From Macrostomum lignano (lineage: Eukaryota), in assembly GCA_002269645.1 (NCBI GenBank), contig NIVC01001317.1, forward strand, positions 1 through 64,000: a DNA stretch of 64,000 bases, in the 5' to 3' direction. Positions 22,790-59,255 of this stretch are shown piece by piece (positions within the stretch are counted from its first letter, which is position 1; each line of letters begins with the position of its first letter). The notes under the pieces are model-generated. The model had not been told where the DNA came from. It saw nothing but the letters and a program-made list of their open reading frames with translations, and did not search any database. Both the position numbers and the translations under genes were made by a program.

Positions 22790-24045
22790 TCGGAAAGAAG
22801 ACCCCGCGGGATCTCATTGATGTCCTGCACCGCGAAGTTCTTCAAATCGGCTGCTGCTCTATCGTCTGCAGTCAATGCTGGACCCGTACCTGCGGTACGA
22901 GCAGAACGGATTCTGGCCGCAACGCGGTATATAATGACACAGATCCTCGCACTCCGCCGTGTCATCGAGGAGGCGCGCATCCGCCAGTCATTGTCTTCGT
23001 TGACTTTCAAAGGCGTTTGACTCGGTGTTGAGAGCTGCGCTTTCCTTTGTCCTTCGAGCCTACCGGGTACCCCAGCAGCTAATCGACGCTGTCATGGCGC
23101 TGTATCGCGACACTCGAGCTGCTGTGGTGACGGCGGACTGCCTGTCTGACCTGTTCGACACTTCATCAGGAGTTCTGCAGGGCGACACGCTGGTGCCGTC
23201 CCTCTTCATGCTGCTGCTGGACTGGGTGCTTCGGACCGCACTCCCCTCGGCTGACGAAGGCTTCGGCGCAGACGTATCAGTCGCCGCCACTGCGAAAAGC
23301 GCCTGAGAGTGCTGGGCTACGCCGAAGACCTCGCCCTCCTGTCCTCGTCCGTTGAAGGCGCCCAGCACCATCGACAGGCTGGTCGAGGTGGCATCGAGCG
23401 TCGCGGTCTCGTTGTCAACACGCTGAAGACAGAGGTGTTGACTGTGCCGGCGGACATCCCAGCGGACTTTCCTGGGCGGTCTTCCATTCGATCTGGGCCG
23501 TCGTCCAGTCCGAAGCGCTGCTCGACCGCCAGAGGGCTCGGCTTTGGCAGGCGGTGGTCGAATCCGTCCACGCCGATACAACGCCGCCGAGACGTAGACG
23601 CTGACGGCTACGCTAGAGCGGCAGTTGGACTCGGCGCACTCAGGGCTGCGTCTTGCGGCCTTTCAAGCTGACGAGAGCGTCGGTACCGAGGCCCTGTACG
23701 ATCGGGCCAAGCTGCAGCGCCCGTCCATCATCCTGCGCCATCGGCGACTTCAACTGGCGGGCCACGTGATCCGGGCCGGGGGCTACTGCCCCCAACCTGT
23801 TTAGGACGTCCTGCTGCTCACCTTGCAGGGCCCAAACCCGTCGATACCAAGGACGACTAAAGTAACGTTTGTACTTAAGTAGTCCTTGGTCGATGCGTGG
23901 ACTGCCTTCAACGCGACGCCGGGGCGCCCGACACTGTCAACGGGGCGGACTTCGTCCGCTATCAGGCTCTGCAGCGCGCCATCTGACGCACGCTGCTATA
24001 ACTGTGATCTTACATGCGGGACTGCGTAATTTGTTGTTGTTGTTG
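22790..24045 (+). mobile_element. Decayed, 5'-truncated RTE-like non-LTR retrotransposon (RT relic)
   Basis: RGISLMSCTAK (RT motif region); AYRVPQQLIDAVMALY...GVLQGDTLVPSLFMLLLDWVL; LGYAEDLALL (YADD-like); LVVNTLKTEVL. Frameshifts. (TTG)n tail at 24031-24045. Confidence 0.8.
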
Positions 24046-24827
24046 TCGGGGGGGGGGGGCACTAGAAATCGAACTGGACACGTACATAAGCTCGACACAT
24101 TGACCGACAAGTATGACAAATAAGTCCTTAATTGCAATCAACACTATTTACAAAGTAAGAATTTTTATACAGTTAAATTGAAAACTAAAATATCATTTTA
24201 CGATATTGTATGACAGAAACCACTGTAAGAGAGTATAAATGTCAAGATAAGGTTTCATAGTAAAACATTCTCTGTTCCTTATATATAGTTATAAAAATAT
24301 GTAGTTTTCAGTTAGCACACTTCGATGCATGGAAAGCGCATAGCACCTAAAACTATGGAGTAATTTTAGAAAGTGTTCAGTTTTATTGACTTCGTAGCGC
24401 ATTCACTCTTTTATTCTGGTACAAGCAGCGGAAATTCGGTTCAGTTAAACAAATTATATGCCATTAGGAATCTAGTTAGCATATTTAATATCATAAACAA
24501 ATGCAGATGATTGTATTATAATTTTTTGTGCTAACGATGTGGATAAAGGTTTTGTACGGAATTTCTTTTGTTTCTAATACAAACTACTGATAAGAATAGA
24601 AATCGCGCTAATTTTTGCAACGTTCGCTTCATTTGATTCGAATTTGATAATTCTAAACTTTTTAAGAACTTCATATATGTAACTGCTTTGCTATACGAGG
24701 CCTTATAGTTCTAAATTTGTTTTTTGTATTAGATAGAACGTCTGAACTGGTACTTTTTCATCATATTTACTTTAGACAAGTGGCTCTGTTCACGAGTCAA
24801 TGAGTGATCGGTGATAGGCCTATATAG

Positions 24828-48071
<23,244 letters not shown>

Positions 48072-48461
48072 GATGACAGAATAAATCAGTGCGTGAGGCA
48101 CCTGACAGAAGAGATTGAACAAAAAGAAGTTTTTTGCAAAGGTATTACAGCTGGTTTTTGTTGCAAAAATATCATGTTGAAGTTGAATTGTAAACATTTC
48201 ACTAGGCAAGTAGTGTGCGCGTGGTTCTTGATTTTAATAAACGGAATTTTTATGCAGTAAAATTGTGAATTTTTAGACAATGATAATTTGACTATTGTGC
48301 AGTGTCTGCGTTCTCTTAACAGTTTAGCTAATTGTTCAATATTTAACAACGAATAATTATTTGTCTTGATTGTATAATTAACTAGGCCCAGATAACAGAG
48401 GTGTCAACTGATCGGTTCTATAAGTTAACTCCAGTCAAGTAGCACAATATCGAACTCAGGT

Positions 48462-48826
48462 TTAACATAGCCATCCCGCTATGTAAGAAATGTTTAACAT
48501 AGCCATCTCGCTATGTAAGAAATGTTTAACATAGCCATCTCGCTATGTAAGAAATGTTTAACATAGCCATCTCGCTATGTAAGAAATGTTTAACATAGCC
48601 ATCCCGCTATGTAAGAAATGTTTAACATAGCCATCCCGCTATGTAAGAAATGTTTAACATAGCCATCTCGCTATGTAAGAAATGTTTAACATAGCCATCT
48701 CGCTATGTAAGAAATGTTTAACATAGCCATCTCGCTATGTAAGAAATGTTTAACATAGCCATCTCGCTATGTAAGAAATGTTTAACATAGCCATCTCGCT
48801 ATGTAAGAAATGTTTAACATAGCCAG
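48462..48826 (+). repeat. 32-bp tandem repeat with internal 7-bp hairpin (tttaACATAGCcatctcGCTATGTaagaaatg)
   Basis: About 11 head-to-tail units with no spacers. Confidence 0.97.
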
Positions 48827-48911
48827 AAAATGAACGAGTCTACAATTTAGTTGGCTATTTTGCTACTTGACTGGAGAAACCTCCGGATCCATTCCGCGTT
48901 GACCCGCTGAG

Positions 48912-49078
48912 CAGGGAACTCAGGAGACAAGAACTAATTTGAGAAACTTGGACTCAATTTAAAGCTGAATAAATCCGTCACAACTTGACACGAGTTTTAA
49001 AATGGCATCAGTTTCTTTCAAATTTGTTGGAACACAAGAAAGTTTCCTGCTGTCACCCCATGTCTCCCGAGTTCCCTG
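48912..49078. mobile_element. Possible small TIR element
   Basis: cagggaactcaggagaca / tgtctcccgagttccctg inverted repeat (17/18). No TSD seen. Confidence 0.4.
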
Positions 49079-49759
49079 TACAGGGTGTAACAGCGGCTAT
49101 TGTTCTATTTTTTGAACGCATCATTCTTCTATTATCTAGTATTTTTGTTGTTTTAAAAATCAATAATTCAGTGACTCAGTGCAATCCGACATAATTAGCT
49201 AGTCATTCGTATTACCCTCAATTTATTAATTTTGGTATTTTAATGTTCTAATCAAGCAAACTTTAATGCGTTACTTTCCGACACTAACGAATAGTTAATT
49301 AGTTGAATGAGTCTTCAACTGCTTTGATTTTTAACAGATTTATTTTACACAATCGATTTTATCATTTTTCGACGGATTCCTTCTATTTAGCAGTTCCAAT
49401 TCGATTATCACTACTGACTAGACTTGCGTTCTAGTAGACTGCAATAAGCACTAAACCTATTTTTTAAACAGTTGATAAGTTTTTTGACGCTTTTTTGTTG
49501 CTTTAGTCTGTTGCTGTTGCTGCTGCCGCGATCCAGTAGAAAAACTGCAATTCACCGCTTAGCAATGTCTCTTCCGTATTGTCCTGTCTGAAATATATGT
49601 GTCCGTTTAGATTATTGTTTTTGAATCCTGTGTTATGGCACTTAAAAGTATTTGGGAATGGTTTGCCATTTTGCTTTAGTTTGATGTCCTCATGGTGATT
49701 CTTTAGTAACTGACTAATAGGGTAACTCCGATTCTTTTACATCTCCTGTCAGATTGGTC

Positions 49760-50575
49760 ACACAGAACAGTGACACGGATCAAACAGCACTGTGACAGTG
49801 GATCACACAGGCTGTGTCACAGTGATCACAAAGATCGGATTCATTGATCACACGTGGGCTGTGTCTCTGTGATCACAAAGATTGGATTCACATTGATCAC
49901 ACATTGGTTGTGTCACCGTGATCACAAAGAGCGGATTCACATTGATCACACGTGGGCTGTGTCACCGTGATCACAAAGATCAGATTCACATTGATCACAC
50001 ATGGACTGTCACAGTGATCCCAAAGAGCGGATTCACATTGATCACACATGAGCTGTCACTATGATCACAAAAATCGGATTCACATTGATCACAAATGGCT
50101 GTGTCACCGTGATCACAAAGAGCAGATTCACATTGATCACACATGAGCGGTGTCAGTGATCACAAAGAGCAGATTCACATTGATTACACATGGGCTGTCA
50201 CAGTGATCCCAAAGAGCGGATTCACATTGATCACACATGAGCTGTCACTATGATCACAAAAATCGGATTCACATTGATCACAAATGGCTGTGTCACCGTA
50301 ATCACAAAGAGCAGATTCACATTGATCACACATGAGCGGTGTCACAGTGATCACAAAGAGCAGATTCACATTGATCACACATGAGCGGTGTCACAGTGAT
50401 CACAAAGAGCAGATTCACATTGATCACACATGGGCTGTGTCACAGTGATCACAAAGATCAGATTCACATTGATTACACATGGGCTGTGTCACAGTGATCA
50501 CAAAGATCAGATTCACATTGATCACACATGGGCTGTGTCACAGTGATCACAAAGATCAGATTCACAGTGATCCCA
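49760..50575 (+). repeat. ~47-49-bp minisatellite (gtgatcacaaagagcagattcacattgatcacacatgggctgtgtcaca)
   Basis: Two TGATCA palindromes per unit. Unit length varies. Confidence 0.93.
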
Positions 50576-51930
50576 CAGGGCCGGGCAGTTGTCAGGTTCG
50601 AAGAGCTCAGCGTCCCGCTGGTACACTGTAGAATGGCTTACAATCTGCAGCCCGGCTGCTGTATTTTAATAAATAAAAATAGCAGCCGTCTCCAGTGCGG
50701 TAAAGTTGCAAGCACGGATCCTACAGGGCACTAGCTAGGGAAGCTACAAGGCCGGTCGTCAAGGCGAGTGGGTTTACCAGCAAGTGGCCGAGCAGACTGA
50801 GGAAGGGGCGGCCTTTTAAAAAGGCGCCTGGTGTAGCCAAGCTGCGCCGGGAGCAGCCAACCAGCTCAGCCCCTCTGCTGCTCTAATTGCCTCTTATTTA
50901 GCTGGTTTGCTTTTCTTCCAGGCAGGAATGGAAAGCATGGGAATGCAAACTATGAAGGAAGGGAGGTTGCTAAGTTTGAAATCGAGCGCGCACAGAGTGG
51001 GGGCGCAAAAAAGCTCCATAGACCTGGTGTTATAAGTAGGAGAGATTGGCCCATTATATGGGCACCCGGCGCTGTGTATCTATATTCGACTTTTCTTTAT
51101 TTCTCTCCTCTCATGAGAAATGCTGGAATCAAGCTGGGAGTTTCCAATTGGCCTAGCTAAATTCCAACTGCGCAGAGAGAACGAACGCTCTCTCTCTGCG
51201 TTCTCCGTCCGTCTGCGCGTCTGTTCAGGCCAATCCACGCGGCGCACCAGCTCTGCTTCTTCTTGATGCTAAAGCTATAGCTTGTTGGTGGGGGCTTCAT
51301 TTTTTGGTGACGACCGAAATCGCTACAAGACAGCCCAAGCCACTGCAGCTCATGCAGGCCGACAACATTCGAAGGGGGCGGGCGGGGTAAAAAAAGGCCC
51401 ATGCACCCGGTGCATACCTCGCTCGGTCGCTCTTTTTTGCAGAATGATTGCATTGAGGAATTGCGTCTTTCGGGTTGTTCTCGTTTCGATTGGAATTGCT
51501 TTCCACCCATGCGAAATTGGCGCAAGCCCTAGCGAGCAGCAAATGCTTGTTTTCAAGTGCAATTTCACTAAAAATTATAATATCCTAATTGCGCAAAGCT
51601 AAATGAGCTTTTTTGCCTTTCCATGAAGTTGAACGAGAGCGAGCTAATTAAAAATTAGTTGGTTTAAAGTTTCAAGTTATTTGGCCACGTCATGCAAAGT
51701 TCAAGCTTGACAGCAGGATTATTCAAAACGCCAGAGTCGATTTCTCAGTTCGAAGACGGACTCCAAGCAGTACGATTGTAGTTGGGGAAAAACTCCTGCA
51801 AGCCTTTAAGTCAATACTTGGCTATTTGGTTTACGATTACCTATTGAGAGCATCTGCATTCGGTTGCAGCCCCGTGGTTAGGGCGTATTGAGAGCATCTG
51901 CATTCGGTTGCAGCCCCGTGGTTAGGGCGT

Positions 51931-52470
51931 ATTGAGAGCATCTGCATTCGGTTGCAGCCTCGTGGATAGGGCGTCGGACTCACGACTGAAAGGTCGGGGG
52001 TTCGATTCTCGACTCAACTCGGAACAGTTTGTGTCCTTGAGCAGGACACTTGGCTCTGCATTGCTTCCAGGGGCGTCGCCACCGGAGGGACACGGGGGAC
52101 ATGTCCCCCCCCAGTAAAAGCTATGGGGGGACAAGCCAATGCTTTGTTCACCCTACGCAACCTTGTGACCCGTTATGGAAATCAATAATTTTGCTTCAAG
52201 GGCGCTAAAATGAGTGCCTGTGGCGCTAAAATGAGAGACTGCGGCGCCAGAATGAGTGACTGCGGCGCCAAAATGAGAGCTGACGGCACCGATTCTGAAA
52301 GTCATGTACATGTAAATGTAGAATTCTTGGCTTTGTCCCCCCACCATAAAATCAATGGCGAGGCCACCTTAGGCGGGTGCTAGCTTTAGCTGGGGTAATT
52401 GTGGGTGTTTGTGGCGACCTTCCAGTCCTTGGACTGAACAGCCATACACAGCCTTCAGATGCGCAAGCAG
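51931..52470 (+). mobile_element. tRNA-derived SINE (same family as 15951-16530), with triplicated 5' segment and a MITE insertion
   Basis: gcgtcggactcacgactgaa..gtcgggggttcgattctcga..actcggaacagtttgtgtccttgagca.gacact and 3' cagtccttggactgaacagcc.tac.cagccttcagatgcgc match copy 1. A 44-bp unit repeats at 51843, 51887 and 51931. Confidence 0.8.
52068..52369. mobile_element. MITE of the same family as 16024-16277, opposite orientation, one end damaged
   Basis: caggggcgtcgcc at 52068. Internal tagaattcttggctttgtcc...accataaaatc is the reverse complement of the left part of the first copy. Confidence 0.8.
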
Positions 52471-53524
52471 TTGTCATTGGAAAGTGACTGTTACTTGTCT
52501 ATGTCATATCCTAAGAAACAGTGCTTCAAGCAGTTTACACTGGGTACATAAGTACATGAAATTTCCTAAAACTGATTGATTCAATTTGCATTGATATAGA
52601 CATTGTGCCAACACGATCACATCTTTTAGGTTGAAGCGAACCATATTGGCGTAGTGAAGGATGTCTATATAATCAATGGGAGCGCTAAACTAAGACTTTC
52701 TTAGGAGTTTTCGCATGCAGGCATCCAGCAATACAGCAAAGTTGATACTGCGATTCGCAGCGCAACGCGGGCGCGGCCTGCAACTTTCACAGAGAAAGCG
52801 AGTGGCGCGTGGGGGCTGGCGAGAATTCAGTTCAAGTCTGAACAGGGCGACGACCCAGATGCGTGCCATGAGAGAATTTTTTGTGGCAAAACGAACAGAA
52901 ATAGGCTAAGCCTTCTTTCTATACGAAGAGCCACCCAGCGCGGGGGGTCGCCTTGCGCGCGCCTGATGAACAGCGCAACTTTCCGCCCGTATTCTCCACC
53001 GGAGACATGCGGCCCCGGGGGAGCCAGTTCAACGTCGATATTCGAATTTTATAGGCTTTTTTAATTGTAGTATACTTCTATACTATGACGATAGAAAAAT
53101 TTCCCGTTCAAGAAAGTTTTTCTTTTTCAATTTTTGTGAGCTTTACCACCTTTGAGAAAGAGAAAATCAAAAAAGGGCCGGGGCAGAGGTCACTATCTCG
53201 CTTATCTGCATGTGATCCAAGCCGATACAGGCAGGCCAAGTGGGCACCCAATGGCCTTGCCATGAAAGCACAATCAATCAGATAGTCTTATCAATCGGCA
53301 AGTCGCGAGGAGGCCCTGCTGGTGCAGGCGTAACGCGTCTCCAGGGTGGCACAGCGAGGGCTCAGTATTCAAGAAAGCGAGAGTGACTAATCCTGATACC
53401 GATAAAGCAGTGGCTCAGAAACTTCAAAACATTCTGGCGCATAAAAGACAACTCTCGGAAGGTTGTGTGAAGAATAATCAAGCTTTAAGCGTGTCCACTA
53501 GTCCATAGAAACTATTGCGCCAAC

Positions 53525-55280
53525 ATGCTGAAAGTGTTTGCTGTGCTCTTGCTGGCCGCGGCATCCAGCGCCTATCCCAGGGAAGAGTCGACGGCCGTCA
53601 AGCCGATGCACGAGCCGCTGACCCAGGAGCTCATCGACTACGTCAATAAAGTTGGCACAACTTGGCAAGCCGGCCGGACCAGTCGGTTCGACAGCGTGTC
53701 GGACGTGCGCAGAGTCCTGGGCGTAATCGCCAATCCCAACAAGCCCGACATTCCCGTGCTCAGCTACCCAGGCTCCGACATTGGCGACCTGCCGACCGAA
53801 TTCGACGCGCGAACCCAGTGGCCAAAGTGTCCGACTATTCAGGAGGTCCGCGACCAGAGCAACTGCGGATCCTGCTGGGCCTTCGGAGCGGTGGAGGCCA
53901 TGTCTGACAGGCACTGCATTCACAGCGGCGGCAAGGTAAGGCTCTCCTGGAGCCTAGTTGTTAGCGATATTTAAGAACAGGAAGTCCCCGGGACAATGCG
54001 TTGCTAAACTTGAGCAGAAATCTCGGAACCTCAACAAATTAAATCGCATTAAAGGTATTTTCGGTCAGTCCAGCTGATAATTATCGAGAAATCCTTCTCG
54101 GAATCGATGAAGAAACATTTTTTGCCTTGATTAGTAGTGAATCCTGTTGGAACCAGTTAAAGAACATTCGGAACCATCTCGATCGAAGTTGATGCCTTAA
54201 ACCAGTAAAACCCTGATACTATCCAAACAACAGGTGCAAGTCCACCTCAGCGCCGAGGATCTGCTGGCTTGCTGCGGCTTCTCCTGCGGCATGGGCTGCA
54301 ACGGCGGCTTCCTGGAGTCGGCCTGGCAATACTGGAAGAAGTCCGGCATTGTCACTGGCGGGCAGTACGGCACCAAGCAGGGCTGCCAGCCTTATAGCCT
54401 GCCGCACTGCGACCACCACACTACCGGCAAGTACCAGCCGTGCAGCGGAGACTCCAAAACGCCCAAGTGCAAGAGGGATTGCATCTCCGGCTACAACATG
54501 ACCTACAACAATGACAAGCACTTTGGTGAGTTTGGCAGCAAGTAGATGACCCATCTGAGTCTTATCAGGGGGGTCTGTACATGGAATAGACCTGACTCAA
54601 AAGTGTGTACACTGCCGGAAGACAAGAATTCAGGACTGCTGTACCGTACACTCTGAGTGAGTGTGACCTCATTGTTTCCCTCCTCTGGCTACCGGTCGAA
54701 TGTCACCTTGGTTTGCGGCAAACCTTACAAGGATAATCTTTATTCCATTCATCCATCCACCTACACTGAATCCATATGCACCAAAACTGACTGAAAGCAG
54801 AGACTGAAACCAATTGATGTAGTAGGAGTCATAATAAAGAGACTTGTTACAGTGACACCAAGGTTATGTGCATGCAGCCATAGGAGGCTCCGTGACTCCT
54901 ATTATCAAGACAGCCATCGCTTTCAAGAGCTATTCATCGCCACAAACCGCACAACAGGCGCCTCAGTGTACACGGTGTCATCCAAGCAGGACGACATCGC
55001 CAAGGAGATCATGACCAACGGGCCAGTGGAGGCCGCGTTCACCGTCTATGCCGACTTTCCGTCCTACAAGTCAGGCGTGTACCAGCACACCACCGGGGGC
55101 GAGCTAGGTGGACACGCGGTGAAGATCCTGGGCTGGGGCGTTGAGAACGGCACGCCGTACTGGCTGGTTGCCAACTCCTGGAACCCCGACTGGGGACTGG
55201 ACGGCTTCTTTAAAATTCTGCGCGGCAAAAACGAGTGCGGCATTGAGGGCAGCATTGTGGCCGGCATTCCGAAGGCTTGA
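53525..55280 (+). CDS. CTSB: Cathepsin B preproprotein, 3 coding exons (53525-53935, 54234-54525, 54958-55280)
   Basis: Signal peptide; [12 protein letters not shown]; [21 protein letters not shown] (catalytic Cys); GCNGG; occluding loop PHCDHH; [11 protein letters not shown] (His); [12 protein letters not shown] (Asn). GT-AG junctions in frame. Confidence 0.97.
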
Positions 55281-56049
55281 ATTTGTGGGCGCAGATTCTT
55301 AACTATTTTTTACTGAATTTTGCAACTAACACAGATTTCGAATTAAATAATAGTTGGTCAAAAGATTGCAATATACTCGAATATATCTGATAGCAAAGTA
55401 TTATTTTGCATCGGTATATTGAACGTACATTCATACTAATATAGTAACTGTACACCAATTCATTAAATATACGTTTGCTTTAAAAAAAGGGGGACACTAT
55501 GAAATGATCACAATAAGTCAAGTGCACTACTGTCCAGATGGGCCGCGAGTAGCATAAAACGCGAATTTTTAAGCAGATTCTAAAAATTATCCTTGAAAAC
55601 AAGCTTACATATACAAGAATTTTAGCATAGAGCAGAAACAGGTAACATAGGAATTAACATATTATGTCACTCTTGAGTAAATAAATACTGTCTTAAAGTT
55701 AAAATCTGACAAGACCAATAACATCAGTAATAGTTATATAAGCACAAGCACAAAAAATTAGCTCGGAAAATACGTTAATGCGCGTGATTTAAGCATCGTA
55801 ATTTAGTTTTGTTAGCACAGTAGTTATGCTACTAATAAGTAGGAGGCAAGCAATACTTATTGTACATACATGCAGACTCAGTGTTTTATTTAAACAAAAT
55901 TCGGTTCTTAAAAGTTCCATTTAATAAACCGATTGCTTTTACATGGTGCACTGTTTATTTTTCACTGTATCTGTAGTTCTGCCAGTTTTCTTTCGAATAC
56001 AGAGTCATGCTTTTTGAGGCGCCATTGCGATTCACAAGTCAGGTAGATA

Positions 56050-56570
56050 AGACTCTTGTGGGTGAGATTTTGAATCCACCAGCTCTTGTGTGAGATTTTG
56101 AATCCACCAGCTTTTGTGGGTGAGATTTTGAATCCACCAGCTCTTGTGTGTTGAGATTTTGAACCCACCAACTCTTGTGTGTGAGATTTTGAATCCACCA
56201 ACTCTTGTGTGTGAGATTTTGAATCCACCAGCTTTTGTGGGTGAGATTTTGAATCCACCAGCTTTTGTGGGTGAGATTTTGAATCCACCAGCTCTTGTGT
56301 GTGAGATTTTGAATCCACCAGCTCTTGTGTGAGATTTTGAAACGACCAACTCTTGTGTGTGAGATTTTGAAACGACTAACTCTTGTGGGTGAGATTTTGA
56401 AACGACTAACTCTTGTGGGTGAGATTTTGAAACGACTAACTCTTGTGGGTGAGATTTTGAAACGACTAACTCTTGTGGGTGAGATTTTGAAACGACTAAC
56501 TCTTGTGGGTGAGATTTTGAAACGACTAACTCTTGTGGGTGAGATTTTGAATCTACCAGCTCTTGTGGAT
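56050..56570 (+). repeat. ~30-bp minisatellite (gtgagattttgaatccaccagctcttgtgg; variant gtgagattttgaaacgactaactcttgtgg)
   Basis: Between the convergent CTSB and LRRC57 3' ends. Confidence 0.95.
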
Positions 56571-56744
56571 GTCAGATTTAAAAAAGCACAACCTTGGGCA
56601 CGCAAGACATCAAAGCCAGCAATACAAAAAACAGAAAATTGCATAGACAGAAAATCCCTTTTCAGCAATACAGCCATTTTTATATTAATATTCAATGCTT
56701 GACATATCAGAAGCCAGCGCAAACGAATTAATTTTTCAGTTATA

Positions 56745-58939
56745 TCAATGCTCGGCTTTCCTTCTAACAGCGGTTACCCGCTCCTGGTAGGCTTGGGATC
56801 CTTCCAGCTGGTCGAACTGCTTCATGAGGAACAGGTTGCCTTCAACAGCCAGCAAGCTGATCTGGGAGTCACGCAGCAGCTTAGGCGTGAACTGGTCAAT
56901 AGGCAGGCAGTTCTCCTGCAGTCGGAGAATACGAAGCCTGGGACAGTCGGCCAGGGAGTCGGACAGCAGTTTCAATTGGTTCTGATTGAGATTCAGCTCA
57001 ACAGCCTTCAGGTTAGACATATTGCCGGGCAGCTGGGTGATGATGCTGTTGGTAGACAGGTCCAGCAATTCCAGCGCAGGCAGGTCCAGCACCGACGCGG
57101 GGAAATCTTTAAATTTATTGCCACTGAGCTGCAAAGTTTTCAACGATTTTAGCTGACTAAAACCGACCGGTAAGGACTGCAGAAAGTTGCGCTCGAGGCT
57201 GAGGATGGTGAGCCTGCTCAGACTGCACACCTGGTCGGGTAGGCCTGTAAAATTAATTATTAGACCAGTTTATACCATAGACAATATTCATTAGACAAAT
57301 CAGGTGCAACCACGTAGTGCAAAAAAGTGCAAAAAAAACTTTTTAAGAACATTGGGCTCTGATTCAGTTCGCACACACTTTCAAAACGACTCTCGGGGCC
57401 GTAGAGTCCGTATTTAAGGCGTGCTTTGAGTCACTGTAGAATTGTTATGTAGTGCGTCACTTCTGAGACGCTCTGGACACGTAACAGTCAGAGTAACAGG
57501 TAAGCAATAAACAATCTCGGCGTTCGCTGAAGAACCCAGAGAAGTTCGGCGCCCCCCGAAGAACCCAGAGAAGTTCGGCGCCCCCCGAAGAACCCAGAGA
57601 AGTTCGGCGCCCCCCGAAGAACCCAGAGAAGTTCGGCGCCCCCCGAAGAACCCAGAGAAGTTCGGCGCCCCCCGAAGAACCCAGAGAAGTTCGGCGCCCC
57701 CCGAAGAACCCAGAGAAGTTCGGCGCCCCCCGAAGAACCCAGAGAAGTTCGGCGCCCGCTGAAGAACCCAGAGAAGTTCGGCGCCCCCCGAAGAACCCAG
57801 AGAAGTTCGGCGCCCCCTGAAGAACCCAGAGAAGTTCGGCGCCCCCTGAAGAAACCCCGAGAAGTTCGGCGCCCCCTGAAGAACCCAGAGAAGTTCGGCG
57901 CCCCCTGAAGAAACCCCGAGAAGTTCGGCGCCCCCTGAAGAACCCAGAGAAGTTCGGCGCCCCCTGAAGAAACCCCGAGAAGTTCGGCGCCCCCTGAAGA
58001 ACCCAGAGAAGTTCGGCGCAAACACAACGATTCTTGGACAACGTGACTCATTTACGATTCTAAAGCTCGCGTGACTGGCTTTGTGACGTAATAGTCATCT
58101 ACTATTGGTTTTTGCGAGCTATCTCAGCCAAGGAGCAAGCAAACTCATCCATCCCATAGATTTCAATACGACGAAGGAGGTGGTTTGAACCATAGACTAT
58201 CACATTTTTTCAACCAAACTCATCCAACGGGCGAGCAATCTCAACTTAAATTTAAGTTTTTCTTGTCACGAAATCTCTTCCAACGGGTGCACTCATGAAG
58301 GCCAATCCTCAAGGCACAGAATGTACATGCCGGACGATTTGAAAGTCAGGGCCGCTGAACACCCTGGGTATTCGGATTTGCTTGAAACCAAAATACCAGT
58401 TACCAATGCTTCATAAATTTTAGTCTAAATGCTATTCCATTAACTAGCATATCAATCAATAATTTTATAATTTTTGAAACTCTTAAGTTTGCAGGCTTCT
58501 GCAACTTCTGTGGGTCAGAGATTCAGAAGGTCAGCTGGCACTATTAACGTGTCTGGCAAAAGTTTCAAAAGAATCAGAAAATCAGGAGTATTTTATCAAC
58601 CCAAACTTGTAGAAGTCCCAAACTTCTAGCCAAGTCCTCATTGACCTTGACTGAACTACTAGTTTTTTATCAATTAGCAGAACAAATTAACAAACAGTTC
58701 TCAAATTTACCTGTCAGACGATTAGACGACAAAGTGAGCTGTTTCAACTGCACCATGCCATCAATGCTGGTCGATACAGACGTCAGCCGGTTGTTGGACA
58801 GGTCCAGGGTGCGCAGATTATTGTTGAGCCGGTGGATGGCGGCAGGCCATTCCTCCAGCTTCTTGCCGCTGAGCTGCAGCACCCCAGTGGCCTGAGCGTG
58901 CTGCAGGTTTGGCGCTATTGAAGACTGCGAATTGCCCAT
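56745..58939 (-). CDS. LRRC57: Leucine-rich repeat protein 57, 2 coding exons (58939-58711, 57244-56745)
   Basis: MGNS N-terminus; HAQATGVLQLS; tandem LRRs (LRTLDLSNNRL, LKTLQLSGNKF, LELLDLSTNSI, VELNLNQNQL); LRILRLQENCL; C-terminal AYQERVTAVRRK. Phase-1 GT-AG intron. Confidence 0.92.
57528..58020 (+). repeat. 29-30-bp GC-rich minisatellite (gaagaacccagagaagttcggcgcccccc) in the LRRC57 intron
   Basis: Direct inspection. Confidence 0.97.
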
Positions 58940-59255
58940 TTGTAGCAGCGCTGCTGTGGGATGCGTTTCAGCATTGTGAGTTTGATAAGACGATAGTTAA
59001 AATAAAACTAATTCAATTTTAAATAAATTAAATGGCAAACGACAGTTAATAAATAATAAGCAAATATGATTCAAATGTCTGTGGTGATTTTGGTGAATGC
59101 AAAAAATTCCTGCTAAAGGGTTATTGGCATCTTTGCTTTGACTATTTTTAGCCAACTAAACTGAAAACCAACTTAAACAAACCTTTAGCTTATTGTAAGC
59201 TTTTTGTTTATACCATATATAATAGAAACACTGTGGGTGAAAAAATATTTTTTAC

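Noticed and set aside
48462-48826. CRISPR array (32-bp palindromic repeats)
   Set aside because: Repeats are head-to-tail with no unique spacers, no cas genes are present, and the context is eukaryotic.
55962-56722. Extra minus-strand gene downstream of LRRC57
   Set aside because: The ORFs are mostly the 30-bp repeat. The short unique ends lack supporting splice structure or homology.
57414-58051. Three overlapping Gly-rich ORFs
   Set aside because: 29-30-bp minisatellite in the LRRC57 intron.
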